This document shows, piece by piece, positions 24,833 to 32,000 of a stretch of 32,000 nt of DNA; the stretch's first letter is position 1, and every line of letters starts with the position of its first letter. The translations under genes were made by a program, and so were the position numbers. The DNA is from Candidatus Saccharimonadota bacterium (GTDB lineage Archaea; Micrarchaeota; Micrarchaeia; Micrarchaeales; Micrarchaeaceae), in contig OY970071.1 in assembly GCA_963705375.1 (NCBI GenBank), positions 600,001 to 632,000 on the forward strand, given 5' to 3'. Under the pieces are notes generated by a model. That model searched no databases. It was given only the letters and a program-made list of their open reading frames with translations, and was not told where the DNA came from.

Positions 24833-26302
24833 CTACTTTACAAGCTTCTCCAATATGGGATATGCTTCGTATATGCGCTCCTGCTCAAGCTGCTGGTACA
24901 GCATGTAGATGATGCCCACAGTAAGCAGTATGCCCATGCCGCTCCCTATGGCACCTGTCAGCGTGGCCAGTGCGGAAATAAGCCCAACGGCTATGCTGCC
25001 TAGAACAGTCAATGAAGGCACGTACTTGTTCAGGATGTTCTCAACTATGCGCGGATCCCTTCTGAACCCCGGTATCTGCCACCCCTGATCGCCTATCTGC
25101 TCTGCGAGGTTCTTTGGGCTCTGGCCTGTGAGGCCGACCCAGAAATTGCCGAACACCACGCAAAGTATGATGAGCACCACCGTGTAGATTATGACGTGCA
25201 TCCACTCGGGAACTGGAACAACACCACCCCACGGAAGGAAGAGCTGTGTCGTTGTGGTCAGCAGGTAGGTAACGTATGGTCCGTAGCCTCCGATGCCACC
25301 ATATGAGGCAGAGTACGGCAGAGGGAAGTTTGGCGATATCAGATACGTGATGCCACCACTCAGCTGCAGGCTTGTGGCACCTGTCGCGGACATTACAGTC
25401 CTGTAAAGTGCGAGGAACTTGGCCATGTTTGCTAATGGCCCTTTCACGCCGTTAAGGACTCTGAACCACACGGTAAGGCTGAGCTCGAGAGAGGATGTTA
25501 GTATGACAGGCAGCACGCTCACATACAGAAAAGGTATCGGTAACCTGCCACCTATTCCGCGCATTTGCTCGAACGCCAACGGCAGTTCCACCTTCATCTC
25601 GTATATGTAGATGCTGACAAGGAACACCAGAATCGCGAAGAAAAGCGGACCGAATGCGATGATCGCGTTAGAGACCGCCGCAGCGCCTCCAGCCTGTACT
25701 GCCTGGATGGCTTCTGGCACCAGTATCTCGAATGTACCAGCAACTATGGCATAGGAAACTCCACTTGCTATGAAAAGGTTGATCCCAGATGTTACGCCGT
25801 ATTTGCTCATCAGTTCATCCAAGTATATGATGAATATCGATCCGATGATGAGCTGCAAGACCACCATGCCTAGAACAGAAGCGTTAGCTATCGGCACGTA
25901 GCCCGTCGCAACGAACACATAGGACTCTATGCACGCGAGTGCGATAGCGGAGAGCTTCTGAAGGCTCTGGAACCTAGCTTCCTGAGCAGGGTCTGACAGG
26001 TCAAGGTCCACTATGCCTGAGCCCTGAATGAGCTGAAGGACCATGCTTGCGAGCACTATAGGGCCTATTCCGACAGTTATCAGGCTTCCTATCTTTGCAG
26101 CGAAAATGATGCTTATCAACTGAAGGAAGGGTTGTGACACGGCAGACCTGTTCACACCGACCGCAAAGGTGTTGTAGAGTAGGAAATATACTGCGAGTAT
26201 GCCCGCAGTCCAATACATCTTCTCCCTTATTGAGAGAGGAGAATCTGGGCTGCGTATGCTCGGTATGTACTGAGATATGCTATCCATGAATTCTAGAGCC
26301 AT
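24833..26302 (-). CDS. secY: Protein translocase subunit SecY
   Basis: A ~489-aa polytopic membrane protein with a SecY-like sequence throughout. ATG 26302 overlaps the upstream gene's TGA by 1 nt. Confidence 0.93.
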   Translation of the reverse strand: MALEFMDSISQYIPSIRSPDSPLSIREKMYWTAGILAVYFLLYNTFAVGVNRSAVSQPFLQLISIIFAAKIGSLITVGIGPIVLASMVLQLIQGSGIVDLDLSDPAQEARFQSLQKLSAIALACIESYVFVATGYVPIANASVLGMVVLQLIIGSIFIIYLDELMSKYGVTSGINLFIASGVSYAIVAGTFEILVPEAIQAVQAGGAAAVSNAIIAFGPLFFAILVFLVSIYIYEMKVELPLAFEQMRGIGGRLPIPFLYVSVLPVILTSSLELSLTVWFRVLNGVKGPLANMAKFLALYRTVMSATGATSLQLSGGITYLISPNFPLPYSASYGGIGGYGPYVTYLLTTTTQLFLPWGGVVPVPEWMHVIIYTVVLIILCVVFGNFWVGLTGQSPKNLAEQIGDQGWQIPGFRRDPRIVENILNKYVPSLTVLGSIAVGLISALATLTGAIGSGMGILLTVGIIYMLYQQLEQERIYEAYPILEKLVK

Positions 26303-27357
26303 CAATGCACCTTCCTTTTTGTTTGTTTGGTCTTTCTGAACCTTACGGTGTATGTACCGTTATGAATTAAACATGTTGCGTTCATTGCAGCACCTTTTGT
26401 AGCGTTGCGTATAAAACCGTGCAGAAACGCAATAGAAAGATCCGTGAATTCCTTCCTGGAGTGGAGCTTGTCAAACTGAAGTGCGATGTCGAACTTGCCG
26501 AGCATCTTGATCTTTGCTACCCCGAAGTTCAACAATTCGACCGATTTCTCGACTGTTTCGAGCATGTGAGATTGGGTCATAGTTTCAATCCCGAGCTCAG
26601 AAGCCAACCTGGCACCGAGGTAGTCTGCAATCGTCCTTATCTCGGAGAAATACTTCTTGTCCAGAAGCACCAGCGATGAAAGCGCATAGTATTCGCTTGC
26701 TATGCTCTGGTCTGGCGATTCGGTGTAGCGAACCTGACGCGATAGGTCTTCAACGAATGCGCCGAAAGCGGCATCTATCGCGAAGTCGTTTGTATCATAA
26801 GGATTGCTTGAAAGATTGAACTCGCATCTGTCTTCAGCGTTGCTCGAGCAGGTCTTCTCTGCGATTTGCAGGAGTTGACCGTTCGATGCAGTCAGAAAGC
26901 CGGAGATCATTCCAGCCTCAAAGGAGTGCGTGCTCATGCCGAGAGACATGCGCGGCATGTCATGCATGCCTATCATTATCCTGTTTGGGAAAGCATGATA
27001 CGTTATGCGGCCAAATCCGGCGTGCTCAAAGAAGGAAACAATGTCACTGACGCTCTCCTCATAGAGCGTGTATCGTTTCGACTGGGAACACAGCTTATAT
27101 AAGCTTCTGCCTGCAGCTATGCCATGCCTATAGCTCAATGTGCGCAAGCTTGGAGTAGTATTCGCAATCAAAGAATAGAACGTAAGGGCATGCTTGCTCA
27201 CTCTGCCGCTATTGTGCCCAGCCATTATGGTCTTAAGCAGTGCGGTTTCGTAGGTCACATGGTGTTCCGGTAGCGCGTAGTGAGTTTCGTATCTGCGCAC
27301 TGAACTCGTTGTACGCCCGGTCCGCCTTACTTTTTTTGTTTTTCTTTGCATGACCAT
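26302..27357 (-). CDS. Hypothetical protein with V4R-like (4-vinyl reductase type) domain(s), basic N-terminus
   Basis: HSFEAGMISGFLTASNGQLLQIAEKTCSSNAEDRCEFNL resembles the V4R C-terminal signature (aromatic-xAG...G-hydrophobic...E..C...G...C.F). Confidence 0.55.
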   Translation of the reverse strand: MVMQRKTKKVRRTGRTTSSVRRYETHYALPEHHVTYETALLKTIMAGHNSGRVSKHALTFYSLIANTTPSLRTLSYRHGIAAGRSLYKLCSQSKRYTLYEESVSDIVSFFEHAGFGRITYHAFPNRIMIGMHDMPRMSLGMSTHSFEAGMISGFLTASNGQLLQIAEKTCSSNAEDRCEFNLSSNPYDTNDFAIDAAFGAFVEDLSRQVRYTESPDQSIASEYYALSSLVLLDKKYFSEIRTIADYLGARLASELGIETMTQSHMLETVEKSVELLNFGVAKIKMLGKFDIALQFDKLHSRKEFTDLSIAFLHGFIRNATKGAAMNATCLIHNGTYTVRFRKTKQTKRKVH

Positions 27358-27364
27358 CAGTGTG

Positions 27365-28396
27365 TCAGTTTCCTTGCGGTGTCAGCCCCATAATAGACTC
27401 CAAATGCATTATTGCCGGGAGGGAGCACACCGAGGCCGCATTATTTATTGCAGGGCACGCCTCGGCCACATACACGTCCGCGGCGGCATATTCCTGGTAA
27501 GCAAATGTTGTGTTGAAGTTCTTAAACTGGCCGATTATCTGATGGTGAGTCATGTATGATAAGGGTGGTAGCGATGCTGATCGGTTTGCAGTCTGGTTGC
27601 CGAACACTACAGCATCAGCGCCGGTGTTTATCGCAGTGCCCCACAATGTGAATGGAGTTCCAGTGAATAGGTGGGTATTGTTCATGAATGCCATGGCTTG
27701 CCGATAGTTTTGGTTCGGAGAGTTATTTACAAAATATACCATCGGATTTGCGCTATGGACGAAAGAGAATCCCCCAGATACGTTAGAGACATATTCTGTA
27801 GAAAAGAAGTTCAGGGAACTGCTGTTGTAGTGGTTGCCGTATTCCGCTATCCCTTTTGAAGTGTAGTTGTACACATCCCAGTAAAGCGTGGGCACATCGT
27901 AGTCGCCAAAAGCGCTGTATCCTTTGTAGATTGCACTGAAGCTGCCGAAACGGGAGAGAGCAAGCGCCATCGCCCATCTGTTCTCAGCGCAGTAAACGCA
28001 CGATATCGCACCGATGTACACCACACTTGGCTTCCCATTTATGACCAACGGAGAGACAGGGGCCATGCGATGCACAAACACCGAACCAACATATGTGTTA
28101 TTTTGCATGCTTTCCCCTGGAAAAGACAGGTTTAGAAGCATGTTGCCTGCAGTTTCAAAATTGCTGTTAGGTGCATTGTTAATCGACGAGAGCTCCTGGC
28201 TGCTCAGAGGCGCATCTATGCCTGTGAGCCTGTGTCCTGCAGGCTGGCCGTTTATCAGCACAAGAAGCGATGGGTACAGAAGAGCCAGAGCAAGAACGAC
28301 CGCTGCCACAGCAAAAATCGCAGTGGTTATTTTGAAAATCCTTAGTTTAGACGCTAGAGCATAGAGCTTTGATTTTTGGGCTTGTTTTCTGGGCAT
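27365..28396 (-). CDS. Membrane-anchored exported protein, DUF929-like (thioredoxin-like CxxC)
   Basis: N-terminal TM segment ITTAIFAVAAVVLALALLY. IGAISCVYCAENRWAMALALSRFGSF matches the DUF929 CxxC-(A)ExRW...ALxxFG motif as I recall it. Many NxS/T sequons. Confidence 0.65.
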   Translation of the reverse strand: MPRKQAQKSKLYALASKLRIFKITTAIFAVAAVVLALALLYPSLLVLINGQPAGHRLTGIDAPLSSQELSSINNAPNSNFETAGNMLLNLSFPGESMQNNTYVGSVFVHRMAPVSPLVINGKPSVVYIGAISCVYCAENRWAMALALSRFGSFSAIYKGYSAFGDYDVPTLYWDVYNYTSKGIAEYGNHYNSSSLNFFSTEYVSNVSGGFSFVHSANPMVYFVNNSPNQNYRQAMAFMNNTHLFTGTPFTLWGTAINTGADAVVFGNQTANRSASLPPLSYMTHHQIIGQFKNFNTTFAYQEYAAADVYVAEACPAINNAASVCSLPAIMHLESIMGLTPQGN

Positions 28397-28452
28397 GTTA
28401 CCGGAACACTATATCTTCTTTGTTATAAAAACTTTTGCAGAGCAGTGTTGTT

Positions 28453-29286
28453 ATGGTTCTGAACGTAAAGGAATCAGAGCAGACTTACGCAAAATCCCTG
28501 TTGACCAAGATGCTTGAGCGGGAAGACGAGACAAAAAGCATCGTTGAACTCGCGGATGCGCACTGCCATCTAGACCTAATCAAAGACGTTGCCGTGATAA
28601 AAGAGACCATCGCGTACGGGGTGGGCACGATCATAACTGACGGCGTGGACACGGCATCTAATGCAAGGAGCATCGAGCTTGTGGATGGCGAGCACATATT
28701 TGCAGCGCTCGGAATAGACCCTGAGCACGCGATGCTGATAAAAGAAGACGAACTTAATTTCAACATTGGGATGATAAGGAGCAACGCGAGCAAGATAATA
28801 GCAATCGGAGAGATAGGTCTCGACTACAAGGAAGCAAAGACCGATCCTGAGAGGGCATGGCAGAAGCGCGTATTCGGCAGTTTCCTCGACCTTGCGGATG
28901 AGCTGCACCTGCCGGTAAGCGTGCATTCGAGAGGCGCGATGGAGGACGTGATAGAGATGATCCAGGCGCACCGTCCAGAGAGCACGCACATACATTTCTT
29001 TGATGGAGATGCAGGGCAAGCCAGGATGGTCGATGAGCTCGGATGCATGATATCGGTGCCGCCTGTAGAGTCTAAGAAAAGGGCCGAAGCGATAAAAGAA
29101 ATGGCGCTTGAGCGCATAATGGCGGAAAGCGATTCTCCGATCGTGGGAGCCACCCCACGCGATGTTGAGAGATCAGTTCGCACAGTCGCCTCTGTGAAAG
29201 GCATGACCTTTGAGGGCGCCGCAGAGGTGCTGACACACAATACGAAAAACTTCTTCAATACGCAGAAGATAGGGTTGAGATTTTGA
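28453..29286 (+). CDS. tatD: TatD-family metal-dependent hydrolase/DNase
   Basis: LADAHCHLDL, IGEIGLDY and LPVSVHSR are TatD motifs. A TTATAAAA box at 28423-28430 lies upstream. The start may instead be ATG 28510. Confidence 0.85.
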   Translation: MVLNVKESEQTYAKSLLTKMLEREDETKSIVELADAHCHLDLIKDVAVIKETIAYGVGTIITDGVDTASNARSIELVDGEHIFAALGIDPEHAMLIKEDELNFNIGMIRSNASKIIAIGEIGLDYKEAKTDPERAWQKRVFGSFLDLADELHLPVSVHSRGAMEDVIEMIQAHRPESTHIHFFDGDAGQARMVDELGCMISVPPVESKKRAEAIKEMALERIMAESDSPIVGATPRDVERSVRTVASVKGMTFEGAAEVLTHNTKNFFNTQKIGLRF

Positions 29287-29395
29287 ATAGTGAATGTTCA
29301 GTAAGGGAAGACTTCGTTTTTGGTAAAGACTAGAAACTTGAAAAAGTCAAGATTGACGAAGTGGCAAGTCTTTGAAGAACAGACGATGCGTAATC

Positions 29396-29402
29396 ATATA
29401 TA
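29396..29402 (+). promoter_or_regulatory. TATA box for tRNA-Arg
   Basis: ATATATA lies 23-29 nt upstream of the mature 5' end at 29425. Confidence 0.45.
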
Positions 29403-29424
29403 GCTTATTCGCGCATAAGATGTA

Positions 29425-29525
29425 GGGCTCGTAGCTCAGCTTGGACAGAGCGGCAACCTTCTAAGGTGCTCAAAATGCATCAAGGAGTAAGTTGATGGTC
29501 GTGGGTTCAAATCCCACCGGGCCCG
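29425..29525 (+). tRNA. tRNA-Arg (anticodon UCU) with a ~26-nt intron at the canonical 37/38 position (about 29464-29489)
   Basis: Folded by hand. Acceptor GGGCTCG/CGGGCCC with one G-U pair. D arm GCTC/GAGC. Anticodon stem GCAAC/GTTGA with a G-A mismatch at 27-43. Loop CTTCTA|intron|A. T arm GTGGG-TTCAAAT-CCCAC. Discriminator G. An ATATATA box at 29396-29402 lies ~25 nt upstream. Intron borders are ambiguous by 1-2 nt. Confidence 0.85.
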
Positions 29526-29621
29526 ATGAAATTTGCAGATGTCAAGCTTCGGGTTCGAATCCGTACAATGCAAAGCAAGACAAGCCTGAAAAGGCGGGTT
29601 CTGGTGCGTTCGGCTCCATCA

Positions 29622-29646
29622 GTTTGCATGAGCACTCCATGCAAAC
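29622..29646. other. Perfect 9-bp stem / 7-nt loop hairpin (GTTTGCATG-agcactc-CATGCAAAC) between the tRNA and a convergent ORF
   Basis: Read directly from the sequence. Function unknown; possibly a transcript-end structure. Confidence 0.4.
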
Positions 29647-29665
29647 CTAGGCAGACGACACTAGT

Positions 29666-30274
29666 TCAATCTTCTGTTCTTAACACTCCCTCAATTTTCG
29701 ACCTGATTTTGACCCCAACCACCACCAAGACAACGCGCAGAGGGCCTTCGTCCGCAACGAGGTCGAAACGCGACCCGATGAAACTGGCAATGGTGTCCGT
29801 AAGTACGTTCAGCCACAACGGGTTCTTTCCTGGATAAGCATAAATCGTCTTTTCCATGTCGCCCTTTCCTTCTACGAGCTTGCCTTCATTATCGAAAGTA
29901 CACCAACCTGATTCCTTGAGACCTTTTCCATCCAGATGGAACCATTTTCCCTTCAATCGCGCCTTTACGTCCAGGTTTCTGTCTATAAGTACAAGTGCTT
30001 CCTGATAAGTCAGGGGCCTTAGGTGATTGTGCTTCAAAAGTTTCATAGACTTGGCATGATTTGCCTCGGTTTCAGATACGAATACGCCAGTATTGTTTAC
30101 TTCCGTAAACTGTGTTTCCGTGATCGCTTTAGTTTTGGGCATTTTATCAAAGCTATCTATTACCATTATCTCCGTTTGTCCAGATACGCATACTATTGGT
30201 TTTCCTGACAGTTTATTTACGACTCTTTGTTGAAAATAACCCCATCTTTCGTCCAGCACGATCGCTTCGAGCAC
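29666..30274 (-). CDS. Hypothetical protein, 202 aa (GTG start uncertain)
   Basis: Complete ORF. No motif recognised. Confidence 0.45.
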   Translation of the reverse strand: MLEAIVLDERWGYFQQRVVNKLSGKPIVCVSGQTEIMVIDSFDKMPKTKAITETQFTEVNNTGVFVSETEANHAKSMKLLKHNHLRPLTYQEALVLIDRNLDVKARLKGKWFHLDGKGLKESGWCTFDNEGKLVEGKGDMEKTIYAYPGKNPLWLNVLTDTIASFIGSRFDLVADEGPLRVVLVVVGVKIRSKIEGVLRTED

Positions 30275-30307
30275 GTAGAGTGTGCAGCAAAACCTGCTTA
30301 AGCAACC

Positions 30308-30844
30308 CTAAACGATCAAGTCCCTAAGCGCAAGTGGTTCGTATTCCCAATCTCGAAGTTCTTCCATTCTAGATCGGCTAATCTCAGTATCTACAGTACC
30401 ACATAAATCGCATGCAATTTTGTGCAGCTTATATGATGCCTCTTTATCATTCTTTATATCAAAGCCTTCAACGCTTATTTCAATATAATGTTCCTGGTGA
30501 TTGTAGGTCACTACGACATAAATACCGTTTTCGGCTTCGGAACTGTGGTACACATCCTCAAAAGGCTCACGCATTTTGTAAGGAGTTTCGTTCTTTGGAA
30601 GAATGCCTCGTATGTTATCCAATTTATCCTCAGGAACCTCAAACCTGTAGAATATGGCACCATACGCACTATTGTAGTGGTATATAAAATTTCCCATATA
30701 TTGGGCCGCCTGTTCATTTTGCACTTCTTTTTTTGTAGTATCAATATGGACTTTTCCTGTAGTTGGCACAGTATCACAGTAATGTTCCGTATTTCCAGAT
30801 ATTTCTATGTTTCTGTTGCCCAATTCCAACGGCGCGGAAGGCAT
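30308..30844 (-). CDS. Hypothetical protein (~178 aa from ATG 30844)
   Basis: ORF 30308-30925. The internal ATG 30844 avoids overlap with the divergent gene. Confidence 0.45.
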   Translation of the reverse strand: MPSAPLELGNRNIEISGNTEHYCDTVPTTGKVHIDTTKKEVQNEQAAQYMGNFIYHYNSAYGAIFYRFEVPEDKLDNIRGILPKNETPYKMREPFEDVYHSSEAENGIYVVVTYNHQEHYIEISVEGFDIKNDKEASYKLHKIACDLCGTVDTEISRSRMEELRDWEYEPLALRDLIV

Positions 30845-30878
30845 AAAAGCGCACGCACAAATATACTGGATAGAGAGC

Positions 30879-31325
30879 ATGGAGGAAAGCGAGGAGAAGG
30901 ATATAAGGTATGTCCTAGAAGTCATTTCACCAGATAAGCAACGCTATGATACGCCTGGAGACTGGGTGCCAGGCAAGCCGGCCAGAATTGTCAGTTCAAA
31001 AATGGAAAAGGAGGATTACGAGTTCCTCATCCTGCTTCATGAACTTATAGAATATCACCTGTGCAAAAAGAAAGGGATCACTGATGAAGCTGTGGTCGAG
31101 TTCGACAAAAAATTTGAAGAGGACCGCAAAGAGGGAAAGCACTCTGCGATGGAAGAGCCAGGAAACAGCCCGCAAGCTCCGTACAGGGACGAGCACGTGT
31201 TCGCAACAAAGCTAGAAAGACTAATGGCGAAGAAGTTGAGCGTTGACTGGGAAAGATACAGTGAGGCAGTGCACGGAGTGCCCAAAGAAGAAGGAAAGAA
31301 ACATTGGTGGATATTCAAAAGATGA
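30879..31325 (+). CDS. Hypothetical protein (~148 aa from ATG 30879)
   Basis: ORF 30807-31325. MEESEEKD... begins 34 nt from the divergent gene's start. Confidence 0.45.
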   Translation: MEESEEKDIRYVLEVISPDKQRYDTPGDWVPGKPARIVSSKMEKEDYEFLILLHELIEYHLCKKKGITDEAVVEFDKKFEEDRKEGKHSAMEEPGNSPQAPYRDEHVFATKLERLMAKKLSVDWERYSEAVHGVPKEEGKKHWWIFKR

Positions 31326-31334
31326 ATGGCAGGA

Positions 31335-32000
31335 CTAGAAATACCCCCAGCTGAGCAGCATGTCGCTGTCCCTGAACCATCTTTGACCTATGTCTGAACG
31401 ATAGAACATGTTAGGCATCATGACATTCTTGACATTCTGGTACGTTTTCTGTATCGCTTCTGACATTGAAGGGCCAGAACCAGTGACTACTAGCGCATAG
31501 CCAGACTCTCCTGCAATGTACCAGTCATTACCTATCCTTTTCACTTCACCTATGTGTATCCCGTCAAGGCTTTGGTGCTTGAACAGGATAGCAGCGCCTT
31601 CAGAATATTTTTTGAATGCCTTTTGGTCTTCAAATGGGAAAGGAGGTATTGCAACAACCACGCCAAGCTGGTATCCTTTCTTCGCCTTCAATTGCGCATC
31701 CTTTCCATGCGCAAGATCGTATAGGAAAGCACCCCATTCGCTGGCAATCCCTTCCATCTGGATGCTTATCGTAGGGTAGCCGAAGCGTGCAGTCCATTCC
31801 AGAGGATATATTCCCCTGCCATTCACTATGCAGTTTATGTCTATGTAACCCACATAACCGCTAGCCACAAGTCTTTCTTTGGTCTTTAACAGCGTGTTCT
31901 CGAATATCGGATTGCTTTTGGTCCAGTACATCGATGTGCCCATCTCTCCTGTGCTTGGACCTATTTCATCAGGAAACAGGTGCTTGTGCTCAAAGTTGAT
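31335..32000 (-). CDS. purD: Phosphoribosylamine--glycine ligase (PurD)-like ATP-grasp protein, 5'-partial (N-terminus beyond right edge)
   Basis: The frame stays open upstream of M 31943 to the window edge. EHKHLFPDEIGPSTGEMGTS resembles the PurD DHKR...GPNTGGMG motif. The C-terminal FYRSDIGQR resembles the PurD YRxDIG motif. Confidence 0.65.
   Translation of the reverse strand: MNFEHKHLFPDEIGPSTGEMGTSMYWTKSNPIFENTLLKTKERLVASGYVGYIDINCIVNGRGIYPLEWTARFGYPTISIQMEGIASEWGAFLYDLAHGKDAQLKAKKGYQLGVVVAIPPFPFEDQKAFKKYSEGAAILFKHQSLDGIHIGEVKRIGNDWYIAGESGYALVVTGSGPSMSEAIQKTYQNVKNVMMPNMFYRSDIGQRWFRDSDMLLSWGYF

Noticed and set aside
29541-29570. T-arm-like fragment considered as a split-tRNA 3' half.
   Set aside because: The flanking bases cannot form a 5-bp T stem. 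There is no acceptor 3' strand and no anticodon-stem half. Treated as a relic only.

Overview
This is an archaeal chromosomal window. Evidence: TATA-box promoters about 25 nt upstream of genes, an intron-containing tRNA, a histone, and SecY. I cannot place it in a lineage from sequence alone.

Gene content:
- 1-5287 (-): one giant secreted surface protein. It is missing from the ORF track because it runs off the left edge without a stop. It contains near-identical 594-bp tandem repeats.
- 6.4-10.4 kb (+): the classical proteasome/exosome superoperon, in the order psmA, SBDS, rrp4, rrp41, rrp42, rpl37ae, rpoP. Two tandem LMW-PTP/ArsC-like paralogs follow it.
- 11.3-12.9 kb: a PRC-barrel gene, a Zn-ribbon gene, a histone gene and a thioredoxin gene.
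- 12.9-18.1 kb: a block of ORFans that also holds a wHTH gene, a PRTase-like gene and a TIGR00725 (SLOG/LOG-like) gene.
- 18.1-23.2 kb: hisS, then cysS with two cysteine-synthase paralogs.
- 23.4-29.3 kb: a sequon-rich secreted protein, a hidden rpl41e, secY coupled to a V4R-like protein, a DUF929-like exported protein and tatD.
- 29.4-32.0 kb: an intron-containing tRNA-Arg(UCU), three ORFans and a partial purD.

Most notable observations:
1. rrp4 and rpl37ae have no canonical start codon. Both begin inside an identical 12-mer, AGTGATTGTACG. In it, ACG sits where ATG or GTG sits in this window's recurrent GTGA-N4-start ribosome-binding geometry.
2. A 43-nt copy of hisS codons 40-54 lies 4.9 kb upstream of hisS. 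Within the 13 shared codons it differs from the resident gene only at synonymous sites. The two copies bracket the ORFan block, which suggests an integration or recombination scar.
3. That block carries a wHTH / PRTase-like / SLOG trio plus a duplicated unknown domain. This is the best candidate here for an undescribed accessory system.
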